From the human T2T-CHM13v2.0 reference genome, Homo sapiens: a DNA stretch of 64,000 nucleotides. The position numbers and the translations under genes are program-made. The stretch lies in the NCBI RefSeq assembly GCF_009914755.1, contig NC_060928.1; one strand, given 5' to 3'. Under the pieces are notes generated by a model. The model worked only from the letters and a program-made list of their open reading frames with translations. It searched no databases and was not told the origin of the DNA. This document shows positions 15,117 through 27,851 of the stretch, one piece after another; position 1 is the first letter of the stretch; each line of letters opens with the position of its first letter.

Positions 15117-15328
15117 ATGCGTACATGGCACCTGCTTGCCCATCAATGCGTTCTCCTACAGCTGTAAGTGCTTGGAGGGCCATGGAGGTGTCCTCTGTGA
15201 TGAAGAGGAGGATCTGTTTAACCCATGCCAGGCGATCAAGTGCAAGCATGGGAAGTGCAGGCTTTCAGGTCTGGGGCAGCCCTACTGTGAATGCAGCAGT
15301 GGATACACGGGGGACAGCTGTGATCGAG
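15117..15328 (+). CDS. SLIT2: SLIT2 penultimate coding exon (EGF repeats)
   Basis: Acceptor cctcctccctgtag|A-TGC, donor CGA-G|gtaagc. Encodes [28 protein letters not shown]…[14 protein letters not shown]. Phases match both neighbours. Confidence 0.97.
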
Positions 15329-16445
15329 GTAAGCCAGCCCCACTGGGCACCTCATTCTCTTGGCAAAGCAAGAGGGGTCCCATGTCTTTGAAAAGAGAGG
15401 GAGAAAAAGTGAAAAAAAAAAAAAAAACAGGAGCAACAGAGACAGAGAGAGGGGAGTGACAGGAGAGAATACTAGGTCTTCTCACTACTTGCAGTTGCTG
15501 CTATTGATTTATTTTCAAGTATTTTGAAGGCACCAGCTGTGAAATGACCTTAAACCTCCACCGCAAGATTGTATACAGCCTTCAGATGCTTCTCACAAGT
15601 TGATTTGTTGTAAAAGAAATGCTCCTTTTTACCTGATGGAGAAGCACATTTACTTTACTCCTGTCTTACCTTTACCGGCTGTTCTCATCCGTATATATTA
15701 TTAATTCATCTTCTGGCACAGAGAAGATGGTCCTCTTAATTCTGCTCTAGTTTTAGTACAAAATGACCTTTGGCCTTAGAATCGACTGATTTATCACAGC
15801 AAATCATGTGGGTGAGAGGAACGGAAACAGGCTGACTTCTTAGTTCACCTTCCTCCTTCTCCTTTGTCTGCGTGATCAGAGCTCGCCTGGCCTCCAGCTG
15901 GCACGGATTTTGTTTTGTGTGTCCAAGGGACGAGACAAGAGGAACGTGCCCATGGAAGCTTTTAGCAGATGTCTCTTTTTTGAACTACATACTTCATACT
16001 GGGGTAATTTATGAAGTTAATGGAATGTTACTTGTATTAAGTAACAGATTGGATAATATTAAACTCCAGGTCTAATAAATAAAATGGCATACTCTCTGAA
16101 ACTGCTCCCTGTGGTAAACAAAACCAGCTGTTAGTAGTGTAAAAACAGAAGATGTGTACTTTTTTTCCTTTTTTGCAATGAAAGAAAATATTTAGGAATC
16201 CAATTTTCTTGTCACTGCAATAGCATTGTATTTATACTCTACATAATAGCATTCACTTTGCTGAAAATAGAGACTAAAAAGAAGTATTTTTCAAAGAATA
16301 GGAGGCCGTGCCACCAGCTAATAATATGTAAAGCAAGTTACAAAGGGGAAGCAAAGGCTTCTGAATTAAGTTGTGGATTCACAGTCACTCTGCATGACTT
16401 ACAGTGACTGTTCTTAAAATGCTTGTGCTTTTTGTTCTTTTCTAG

Positions 16446-16687
16446 AAATCTCTTGTCGAGGGGAAAGGATAAGAGATTATTACCAAAAGCAGCAGGGCTA
16501 TGCTGCTTGCCAAACAACCAAGAAGGTGTCCCGATTAGAGTGCAGAGGTGGGTGTGCAGGAGGGCAGTGCTGTGGACCGCTGAGGAGCAAGCGGCGGAAA
16601 TACTCTTTCGAATGCACTGACGGCTCCTCCTTTGTGGACGAGGTTGAGAAAGTGGTGAAGTGCGGCTGTACGAGGTGTGTGTCCTAA
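16446..16687 (+). CDS. SLIT2: SLIT2 last coding exon (C-terminal cystine knot, stop TAA)
   Basis: Acceptor ttgttcttttctag|AA-ATC. Encodes [79 protein letters not shown], with TAA at 16685-16687. Absent from the ORF track because this frame has no ATG. Confidence 0.97.
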
Positions 16688-16818
16688 ACACACTCCCGGC
16701 AGCTCTGTCTTTGGAAAAGGTTGTATACTTCTTGACCATGTGGGACTAATGAATGCTTCATAGTGGAAATATTTGAAATATATTGTAAAATACAGAACAG
16801 ACTTATTTTTATTATGAG

Positions 16819-16824
16819 AATAAA
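16819..16824 (+). terminator. Proximal poly(A) signal AATAAA
   Basis: AATAAA ~130 nt after the stop, U-rich context, genomic A13 run at 16845-16857. Confidence 0.55.
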
Positions 16825-18213
16825 GACTTTTTTTCTGCATTTGGAAAAAAAAAAAAAGAAATGCTTGAACTAAAGCTTCCCCTATGCTGGAGAAGTATGA
16901 AGAAAGATATACCTGGAGACATTAGAACAGCGATGGGAACCATTGCAACTCGGGTCCATCTTTGTAACATGCTGAAGACAAGCAGAAGCACATGCACGAG
17001 GGACAGAGGAGCTACTGTGCACTGCTGTGAAATTGCCCAGAGCATAAAACCTGTGTACCCTCCTTCACATCAACCAAGTTCACTAGGACATACCAAGCAC
17101 ATGCGTGTGAATGAGGATGCAAGGCAAGAGAATGGAACTCCAGAATTCACAGATAGAACAAATGGATGAGAAATATTTCATGCAAAATATAAAGTGTCCT
17201 GAGGATCTGGGTTCCATTTACGAGAGGAAATGAAAGTGCTAAAATAAATTTTATCTTCCTTTTAAATGTCAGCATGTCAGCAGAAGCAGCACACAAAAGT
17301 CTTTACCATTTTCCAGTATTAATTTTTTTGTAATATAAATGATAAAGGAGATGATAAAGAACCAATAGATTATTGATAAATAAATTAGTAATAATATGAT
17401 TTTTTGTTTCTATGAGTTCTAAACAGCCCTATACAGTATTCAGTTTCCATGAGAAATATTTATTGTATCAAAGTACATTGTACTTAACATTTTAGGCCAT
17501 CCTTTTACTGTTCCTTGATGCTTTAATATATATTAATTTATAATTATCCTGATATTTTTGTACATTTTTCAAACTTAAAAATCAGGATTTTTTTTTTTTT
17601 TTTTTGGCAATAGTACTAACATAGGGTTTTATCTTGGGATACATATGTATTGGTCTGTTTGTTGACCTTGACATCTGATCACTGATGTCAATGACCTACT
17701 GGCCTCATTCAGGACACCTGCAGAGAGTATGCAAAGTCCGAGAAAGGAAAACAGAAATCTGTATGTGAGATGGTCATTGTACAGAAAGAAGTGGCCCCTC
17801 TGCAACATGTCCTCACAGAAACGAAATGGTGTGTAGCAATCAACACTAGAAAGTAGACCTTTTGCAAATTAATATGTCCTTGACCTTTTTTGCCCTTTTC
17901 TGGGGGTGAGGTGGGGATAAAAAGACTGTCATATCAAGAACTGTGACTTTTCTTTCCCTCAAACAATAAAACTCCTTTATTATCTTAATGCTCCCATGTT
18001 AACATGTTTGCTGCTAAATTACAATGTAGAATTGATAATGGTTTATAGTGAACTGTGCTCTTCCCTCATTAAAATCCCAGGGTGCCCTGTAAAGATGCAG
18101 ATGTTTCTTCCTGAAAACTTCTTTTTTTACAAAGAAAATTAGATGTACATGTATAATTCAGTGTGCTTTGTCTTTCTCCAGATTAATATCGGTTACACTG
18201 CTGATGTTTGTAA

Positions 18214-18219
18214 ATTAAA
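18214..18219 (+). terminator. Distal poly(A) signal ATTAAA
   Basis: Upstream TGTA motifs (18144, 18150, 18209), ATTAAA, CA at 18239-18240 and downstream GT-rich element. Further AATAAA at 17243 and 17965. Confidence 0.7.
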
Positions 18220-20089
18220 CAGATATTTACTTCATTAACAGCTTGGTGGTGTTCTTAGAAATTGCACAATAGGCCACTCCTTAAGAATTTTTTAATCAAA
18301 ATGATACAGAAAGAATAAGGAAGAAAACCTATACCTTTTTGTTGCCAAAAAATTGGTTTGAGATTCACACATCGTTATTTCTGGGGACTGATATTGGAAT
18401 GGCCACATAAGAGAGATGGATATAAAAACATACTATTTGCCTGAAAAAAGATATTCAATTATTTTTTTCAAAAAAATTGTAAGATGAAGTCTATCTAAGA
18501 TGAAATGTTTTTGTTTTTGTTCTTCTTTGTTTCTCCCTCCCCAATAGAACCAGGTAGAAAACAATAAAAGACAGCCACTCTTAGGCCAGGGTTGGTAACA
18601 TGAAGGTGTACTATCCAGGACAGAGAAACAACATTGTCTGGGAGGAATAATCCTCATCAACCATGATAAGATTTTGTCTTTGTTTCCCTGTAAACAAACA
18701 AACAAACAAAAAACCATGCACACACACACACACATACACACTCGGTCTCTCTCACAGACACAGACATCCAACTATTTATTCATTCTTGTTTAAAATGTCT
18801 AAATTGTAATTATAGAGACAATTGTATAGCTATTGTAAATTATTTATTCCCATTGATTACTTCTTTTTTCCAAGGGGTTTAAATCATTCATTAAACAAAG
18901 AAACATCTGTGACGATGACGTGATTTAGATTTGTGTTTACAGACATGTATTATCCATATAGCCACTGTTTTTTGAGTGCTTCTTATATGCCAGGTACTAT
19001 GCTCAGGGTTTTCTATGAAATATCTCATTAATGTATATAAAACCATGAGATTATTGCACTTTCTGCTTTATACATGCATACAGGGCTCATAAACAGAGGA
19101 GCTGGATCCACCTCAGTCAGGTGTTCCAGACCACATTGTCTGTAATTAGGGCAACAGCTTAGTAACTACTACCTCTACTTGGGGACTTTCAAGCCTTGGA
19201 GCCTTATTCCACAGCCCAATAATTTTTCCTTCTTGATTATGTAGTTTTAAGTAATCCAGACTAGAGACTTTACATTTGCTATTTCATTTTTTAAGGAAAA
19301 CAAAAGTGAAACCTTCATAGCTTCCAGACTGTGTTTTTTCTCCTTCCTGCTTATAAAGACACAAAATAAAATGACGGCTGTCTGAGATATGAGCTGAATT
19401 AGCAAGTTTCTTAGGGGATTGTTTGCCTTGAGATGTCACTGTCTCCTGTGCATGCACCCTTTAAAAATAAATCCAATAGCCAAGTAATTACTAACAAACA
19501 AGATAAATTTAGGGTAATTATTCATATTATAAAAGGTTCCTTACTTAGAAGGTCTTGCCAATAGGATTACTTTAAATAGGAAACTATTCCAGAGCATATC
19601 CAACAGAACTCTATGCATTAAAAACAAAAAAAAAATCATGCATTTTAGAATCAAAGCTATACATGGAATAATGTGCATTGTAATATGAAATGATAAAGTG
19701 GCTAAACATCTCTAATGTATTTTAATTTAAATTCTCACATGAATGAGGCACCATCAGGAAATGCCATAGGGGTCTGACATGTGTTTGATTTAAAATGTGT
19801 TCATTGAATAACAACCATCTCAGTCATCTTTGGAATTTGTTTTCACTACAGATTTTCTGAAATTATTTCTAAGCAATATAGATGAACCCCTATTTTTAAA
19901 TTGCTCTGAGAGTTTTCTTTTTTGGGTGATTTGCTTTGTCAGCAGCAATTCTTTCTGGAGAAATGATCAAAAGACTGTTGAAATTGATTCAGTCCTTAAA
20001 GACCTCAAGCTTTATGGTGTCATCTACCTCATGGAGTGACCATTATTTCAAAAATAACATTCACAAGAAAGGAAGCTATACAAGGATAG

Positions 20090-20620
20090 GAAGCTTCATA
20101 CAAAGTTTTACATACTTATCTTCATTTTTATTCCTATGTATTCAAAAATCAGTTAACAACACATCTATATTTCCTATCTCCTATCATGTGCAAGAAGCTA
20201 CACTAAACTTTTGATATACAGTTTCACATGAAACAGACATCACTTCAGCCATTTTAGAGCTTACACTCTATGCAGTTGGGGTTGAAGTTGAAGTGGATAA
20301 TAGATATTATACAAATGGTCACACTGATACATAATTCCAGATTGTGATAAGCATCCTGAAGGAAGTTATGTGATATTAGAAGAAAGAATAGCAGAGGAAT
20401 CCAATCAAATAAGTGTAAGGAGGTTTGGGAATGCCTCTCTGAGGAAGTGACATTTAAACCAAGTCATGAAGGATCAAATAGAGTCTAGGATGGAGGCAGA
20501 TGGAAGCTTGTGTAAGGATAGGGGTTGGGAGTTCACGCAGAGAGAGCAGCCTGTGTGTAGGCCAGAGGAGGAAAATAACTCATGTGGTCAAGGAAACAAA
20601 AGAACTTAGTGTGGCTGCTG
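20090..20620. mobile_element. L2 relic
   Basis: L2-like motifs ctatcatgtgcaag…gagcttacactcta…ctctctgaggaagtgacattt. Confidence 0.5.
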
Positions 20621-23600
20621 TGAGGTATACAATTGCTTCTTGTGTGTAACACAACAGTGACCATTTTCAGGATTTCTTAATTCACCATATAGTCCATATT
20701 TTTCTTCTGAGCATCTGTTTGCAGTGAGGTCTCAAAACATCAACAAGAAGGGATTTCCATTTTAAAATAGCAGCTATTTGGCTGTGCCTAATGTAGCTCC
20801 TCTAAACTTCCAAATGAAATATCTCTGAGGATATGGAAAATAGAAATACTTGAAGTAGCACTGAAAATTAAGAATAGTAGTGAATATTCATGAACTGAGG
20901 GCTGATAAAGCTGGATTGAAAAAAAACAACCGCTGGCCAATGCATGCTTTGAATCTCATGTGCATTTTTCCTGCCCTGTTCATACCAAGACCAGAGACTT
21001 GGGAAATGAATCAACTGGAAACGTAGCAGAAAATATCTGTTCATTAGGTGTCAATTAAAATCTGAGTTTTAGTGACATCATGGTGACTGCATTGGGCTGG
21101 GAAACCCTAGCCTTCTGACCTCCAACCCACCCTCTGCTCTGTTGAGTGAAAACAATGTATTCCTCTAGATTATTTGAAAACATATCTCTAACTCCCACTG
21201 TAAGATAAAATCCAAACTCTTTAGTTTGGTATTCCAGATTACTCACATAGTGGTCTCAAATCGGCCTTCAGTATGTGCTCTTAGATTGACAAATGCTAGG
21301 GAGGGATATTGGAAAGCAATTTCTGGGCTGGAATGGCCACCTTGTGGATATGAGATTCATCCACATACAGGTGGTAGTTGAAGCTAAGAAAACGGGCAAG
21401 CTAAATTAGAAACACAACAGAATGAACTTAACCAGAAAACTAACCCCACTTTAGATGATCCATTTCTGGAATGAAGCAGTCCCAGAATAGAGAGAAAGAA
21501 AGGGGAAGAAAGAAAGAAAGCAATGAGGTAGTCACTGGCTAGTCGTGGGTAAGGAATAATAGACTGTTCTCTTAATAAGTCTGATAACAAAAGAAGAAGA
21601 GGGAATGGCAGCTGGAAAAGTTGGTGAGGTCACAGGGTTGTCATTCAATGAATCAATAAGTATTGGTTTATCACCTATAGTAACAGCTTGTGAAGAAGTG
21701 GGGCAAGCACTTGAGGTATACTCTGGGGACCATCCTGAGAACTAGGCTGGAAGAGCAAGACCAACCTAAGTCATCCCTTACATAAGCTTGTTGATCAGTG
21801 GATGTAAAAAGCAGAAGCCAGATACAGTGAGGTTGAGGAAACAGGATGCCTGAGAGTAAGAAGTCACAAAATCACTCAGAGTGAAGAGAGCAATGTATAT
21901 GCAAGAATTCTTTACCAAATGGAGTTCTCCATTGCCTTCCTCCTCTTCCCCTCACAAAGGGGATACAGCATTTCAAGGGCTTTGTCCAGAGATATTAAAT
22001 TCAGCTGAGCAGAGGCATCACCATCGGCATTGGGAATTAGCTTTGTCATTGTGTCAATAAGTGGCCAGCTGAATTTAGATTCAAAAGAGAATCAAAAATT
22101 AAAAAGCACACACAAGAAAACAGGGAGTGTAAGAAACAGCCACAGAGACGGTTGTCTAGAAAATCTGCTATGATTAATCTAACTCTCCCTTCTTGAAGTG
22201 GCTAGAATTATTTTCATTGTTTTTTTCACATAGATGGTTGCAGAGAGATTAAGTGACTTGCCCAAGGTCGCACAATCCAGGTCTCCTGACTCCAGCCATA
22301 ATGCAATATTGATTTCACTGGAATTGAAAGGCAAACTCTATCAACAACCCCGTGAGATAATGCTGGAGGAGTAAGTATTTCTCAAGGGGAGTTATTTTGG
22401 TTTGAAAAAATGCCCATGAATAGCACTCACTTTCCCAATAAAAATGCATTTTTTAAATATCTCCCACTGGGTAAAGGAAAATAAATAGTGCTTTTTAGTG
22501 AAATTTGCTTCCAAAAAATGAAAACGGAGGGATGGGAATGTACATGGTTGCTTCAGTATTTTTGGTCATTTTTCTGGTCAGATATGCCTTGATTGAGTGG
22601 GCTGACCTGGAGCAATTGAATTCCATTGCTAAGATAGTCACAAGGACAGGACCAAACATGCCGTAGTCCAGTTATATCAGCTGCAAAGTCACATTCTTGG
22701 ACTCAATCCAGCTCACAGATATTCTTTGTAAGGAAAAAAGAGACAAAGATAAAAAAAAAAAAAGCTATAGAGGAATTTCTATTTGAATGAGCATGTTTGA
22801 TAATGTCCCTTAACCATAATCTCAGGGGCCTGTGTTATCTCAGAAAGGAGAAAGATGAACATCTTTGAATTGCCTAATCTTGCACTTGCTTGATCCTGCT
22901 TGCTCTCTGCTCACAATATTACCATTCAATTACCTCTACCACTTTCAATTACATCTTACCTTCAATTACATCTCTACATTGATTTTTTTCTTCCTATTAT
23001 TTCTGCGTTAGCCACAATTCTCCTCTGATGTTTGTCAACTCTTTTTCAGAGCTCTGAATGAGCAGGAACACATTTCTGAATGACACGTACAATACCCTGT
23101 TTGATTGGGAAATAAATCACTTATCATTTGGCAAAAAAGCACCTGCTGGTCTAACAGTTCAGTAAAGGAAGTAGAAATCATTATATCTCTGTTTCCTCAT
23201 TTAAACTTGTTTTCCTTTTTTCCCTTTTCTTGTAAATGCTTCCATATTTTAGAAAATTGACACACAATTGTACCAATAGAAAAGACAGTTTGAGAATGAG
23301 GAAGTGCAGTATAGCAATTCACATCCTGCTCTTTCCCAACTGAGCACACCCAGGAGGCACGAGACCCAGGCAGCGCAGCGGAGTCAAACCTAGGGCTGAT
23401 CCTCTAGACCCTGATGTATACACATACACAAACATGCAGAGACACACACACATACACATAGGAATGTGGAATAATGTAGAAATAAAGGAAAAAAATTAAG
23501 TCACTCAAAGAATTGACTGATTTCCAAATCTAAAAGGGTAATAGTTACAGCTTTGTGTAGTACTCTCATCTCCTTCACTTGAATTCTATTCCTTTTAAAA

Positions 23601-23829
23601 GCAGAATGTCAGTACACAGAAAACCAGTTTCAGTATGGCACCTGACCAGTGGGTCCATAATGGGAAAAACATCTTTGGCCTAAGAACACTGGGGGAGTTA
23701 CCTTTCCAGGTTCCTTTTCTCACCCCAGGTTAGGTCTTACTTCTTTTACATTACAATGTAATAGAAGTGTGTATCCACCCCATTTCTCAGGAGACACTAG
23801 CATGCCCTAGACAGTCTCCTATGGACACT

Positions 23830-24235
23830 GTGATATATCTGCCAGGAAAACATCAGGACCAAAGGACTTATCCTGCCAGCTTCTGGGGCCTCTCCCAGTG
23901 GACAGTCCTCAGCTCTCGGCCAACTGTGGAATTACCTGGCTGAAGTAAAATCTTGCCCAACGTCTTGCCCAATATCATACACCTTTCCTAGGGCAGTCTG
24001 ATGCAGGGATATAAAGATCTGACCCCTCTCCCTAGTTCAGGACATTAATGAAGGGCTATCCCAGTTCACAGGTCCTCGTGGGATGAGCTGAAACCTTCTT
24101 TAACACAGCATCACAGCACAACTTTTCCTTCTGCCCAAGCCTGCTTCTTTTCCTTCCATCCACAGATGGTAACCTTTAGAGCACTCCCTCATAAACCTCA
24201 TGTACGCAGCATCAGTGTCCGAGGGAACACACCTG
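23830..24235 (+). mobile_element. Old ERVL LTR (LTR16-like)
   Basis: gaagggctatcccag…ccttctgcccaagcctgcttc…gcactccctcataaacc resembles the LTR16 family. Confidence 0.55.
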
Positions 24236-26811
24236 GAATCCACCTGTCTCTGAGTTACATAGAGAGCAGGAGACTGCAGTGAAGAAATTAGCTGTCCCTC
24301 TGAGATTCAGAAAGCAGCAAACTTATACCTCACAGGGAATTTGGGGACTTAATGGTAACATTTCTAAAATAAAATGTGATGACCAGGTGGCAGCCTCTTT
24401 GGATGAGACTGTGAGCCCTGAATATCTGAGACATGCTCAGTTATTTTAGAAAGTTTATTTTGCCAAGGTTGAGGACACACCCCTGTGACACAGCCTCAGG
24501 AGGTGTGCCCAGGGAGGTCAGAGAACAGCTGGGTTTTATACATTTTGGGGAGACATGAGACATCAATCAACATATGTAATATGAACATTGGTTGAGCCCA
24601 GAAAGGCAGGACAACTCGAAGTGGAAAGGGGGGCTTCCAGGTCATAGGTAGATAAGAGACAAATGATTGCATTCTTTTGAGTTTCTGATTAGCCTCTGCA
24701 AAAGAGGCAATCAGATATGTATTTATCTCAATGCACAGAGGGGTGACTTTGAATAGAATGGGAAGCAGGTTTGCCTTAAACAGTTCCCAGCAAGACTTTT
24801 CCCTGTAGCTTGGTGATTTGGGGGCCCCGAGATTTATTGTCCTTTCATATTTCCCCCCTTTTTCTTTTTTAAAATATTTGGAGAAAACATTTTAGAAGAA
24901 GATGAGTCTCTGATCTCAGGTTTTGTCTGACTTTTCATGGCTAGGATAGTGTACTCCTAGACAAGTAGGTCCCAAGTTACTAGGAAAGATCATTTTTAGC
25001 AGGCTGTCTCATGTCCTATGAAGAGAAAATATGGGGAGAAAGGGAGAAAAACAACAAACAGAAGAACCACCCTGGAAAATTGATATAGGCCACATTACAC
25101 TGAAATCCACACATCAGTAGGCAAGTATGAAAGGGAATTATGTATGTAAATAGGTTGCTGTTATTTTCTTCTGAAGTTTAAGTTGTCCAGCTTCAGTTCA
25201 CACAGCTTTAAGAAAGCACAGGTTACTTTTCAGTGACTCCAAATTAGGAAAATTGAGAGAGAAAAAGAAGGAAAAAATTGAAAACATGATTTTAAAGACT
25301 TATAGTCAAGAAAAATTAGAATTTGGTCCCAACTGTATAAAATAATAAAAATTGAAAAACATTAGGCAAGACTAGAATCTGACAACAGGTGTACTATAGT
25401 TTTTGAAACATAATTTTTCTCTCTCTAATTTCCCATTTTCACTCAAGACAAATCATGGTAGGACTAATTTGCTTTATTATACTTGGCCTAATTATTTGTC
25501 TACAGTGTAGCAAGAATAATTATTTTTATTATATAGGCTTTTAAAAATTGGCTTTGATGGAACTTTGTTCCATAGAAGGAATCTCAGACAGGACTTTTTA
25601 AAAGCTGAGCTGAGCCATGGGTTTGTACCATCAAATACCTATGAGTTGGGTGAATTCCTCTTATCTTGAGGTGCCAAGATAAACTTGGGGGCTCCTGGGC
25701 CTGTCAGAAAGTTACATTCTTTACTTATCACAGGTCAGGAACCCTGTACTGGGACTGTGCAGACAAGATATGAGGCCAGTTTTCCCAAAGGAGCTTTATT
25801 GGTTCCATAAGTCAAGTTTCATTCCTTAAAGGAAAGCACACCATTCCAGTCAAAGCCTTGGAAATAACCAGCTTGTCCGATTGTGTACTGTTGCAAATGA
25901 AAACAGATTCTTATTCTTAATAACTGTATTGCCCTAAGTTAAGAATTCTCACAAATAGTTTCCAAATTTTGGAGAAATCAGGTAGAGAGAAACTTAGTTT
26001 ATAGTTTAGATTTGAAACAAAAATTGTAACAGTTCGTTCCCAAAACAAACCTTATTTCCCTGTGGACTAGACTGCCTAAAGCCAAAAGATTAGAAATTAT
26101 GGTAATCTTACTAAATTCAAGATGTAGCTATTTTCATTAAACCATTATTAATGTCTTATTTATTTAAAATTACATAAGCAAGGATCATTCTGTTTTGGAC
26201 TGGGTTTATAGTTTTGTAACATGCCAAATTTTAACACCTTATAGTATTTGGCAGTGATAAATATAAAATTTCTTGATCAATAAATGCAAACAAAAATGTA
26301 TCCTGGCAATTCTTAAGACATTTCTAATATTACTTTACCAATAATTTAAAGCTAGCTTATTTATTCAATATTTTACTTGTTATGTAAACTAGAAAAAGCA
26401 TTTGACTAGTCTTTTCTTTTTCCCTGATGAGGTATTTGATTCAAGCACTTTTATTAAGCCAATGAATTAGAGCTCTTTTATATATTTTCAGTAGTGAAAT
26501 ATTGTGTACAGAACACATAAATACATAGATGTATTAGGTATGTTGATAGAAGTACATCTTATGGATTCACAAAGACCTTCTTGTTTTTCCTTAGACTTTC
26601 AAATTCTTGATAACATGCTTCATTACCCTAGGCAGTTGTCAGCTAAATAACCTAAACTTGCATATTAAAGGAAACAACTCAGGTGAAAATCAAATAGCAA
26701 AATTTACATCATAAGGTACAGAAAGAAAAAGTCTGTTGTGCTGGAGGGAAATTAAAATGAATTTAATTGCCAATTAAACATAAAATTATAGAAATTATAA
26801 AGGCCTTTTAA

Positions 26812-26812
<1 letters not shown>

Positions 26813-26859
<47 letters not shown>

Positions 26860-26868
26860 ACACACACA
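26813..26868. repeat. (CA)n microsatellite
   Basis: ~27 CA units with a TA interruption, inside MER4-int. Confidence 0.95.
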
Positions 26869-27440
26869 TAGAGAAAGATCCTATAGTTTTTACTTCAGAA
26901 CTTTAGGCATGAGATAAATATAAATTCACTGGCTTTCAAAAAAAGACCCTGCTGGACCCAAACAGTGGTTTTTATCTTAGTAGAAAAATAACAGCTGATT
27001 TGAAACAGACAGAAAAGAAACTAGAGAAAAAGGGAACTTAGGAACTCCACAGTCTGCAGGTCGACCTTAGGGCTCTTTTTCCTTAATGTAAATGTGCACA
27101 AAGACCATATTGCTTCTATTTTACATTAAACTCTGGCAAGTAGAGGTGCCATAAAACTTACAGAGTCATTGAAAGAGGGTCATTCTCCTTTTTTTTTTTT
27201 TCCTTATTCTTAGGTTGTTTCCCACTTTTTTTTTTTTTTTTTTTAAAGGAGGAACTGAGCTGTGGCCTGGGGTTTAAGTGTGGTGGATTGATATGTGCTG
27301 CTTTTGGGCAGGACTCCTCAGCATGTCACCACTGAGTTGTTTCCACTCTCTTACATGTTTCAGTTTCTCTCTCCAGAGGTCTATAACCTCTGAGAGGGAT
27401 TAAAACGCTGAGTGATCAGCCCTTATATGCATTTCCTGGA

Positions 27441-27851
27441 TTTCATGTACGTCCATGTGAAGAGACCACCAAACAGGCTTTGTGTGAGCAATAAAGCTTT
27501 TAATCACCTGGGTATAGGCGGGCTAAGTCCGACAAGAGAGTCAGCAAAGGGAGATGGGGTGGGGCTGTTTTATAAGATTTGAGTAAGTAAAGGAAAATTA
27601 CAGTCAAAGGGCGGTTGTTCTCTGGTGGGCAGGGATGGAGGTCACAAGGTGCTCAGTAGGGGAGCTTTTGAGCCAGGATGAGCCAGGAGAAGGAATTTCA
27701 CAAGACAATGTCATCAGTTAAGGCAGGAACAGGCCATTTTCATTTCTTTTGTGGTGGAAAGTCATCAGTTAAGGCAGGAACCGGCCATCTTGATGTGTAC
27801 ATGCAGGTCACAGGGGATATGATGGCTTAGCTTGGGCTCAGAGGCCTGACA
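27441..27851 (-). mobile_element. HERV-H 3' LTR (LTR7)
   Basis: 411 bp; ATTAAA poly(A) signal at 27499-27504 (-); polypurine tract at 27852-27869. Confidence 0.95.

Larger units (their letters stand above)
16688..18240 (+). other. SLIT2: SLIT2 3'UTR (long isoform, end approximate)
   Basis: AU-rich sequence after the stop with no interspersed repeat recognised. Ends after ATTAAA (18214-18219), which is followed by a GU-rich element (cttggtggtgttctt, ~18242). Confidence 0.75.

Noticed and set aside
16421-16432. TTGTGCTT in the last polypyrimidine tract, equal to the miR-218 5' end
   Set aside because: Only 8 nt, no hairpin or remaining miRNA sequence; MIR218-1 lies in an upstream intron outside this window.
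14460-17169. Overlapping antisense and alternative-frame ORFs over SLIT2 exons and 3'UTR
   Set aside because: By-products of GC-rich coding exons; no recognisable domains.
24379-24395. CTCF-like motif GACCAGGTGGCAG beside the MER4 LTR
   Set aside because: Mismatches at the 5' CC core; cannot be supported without ChIP data.
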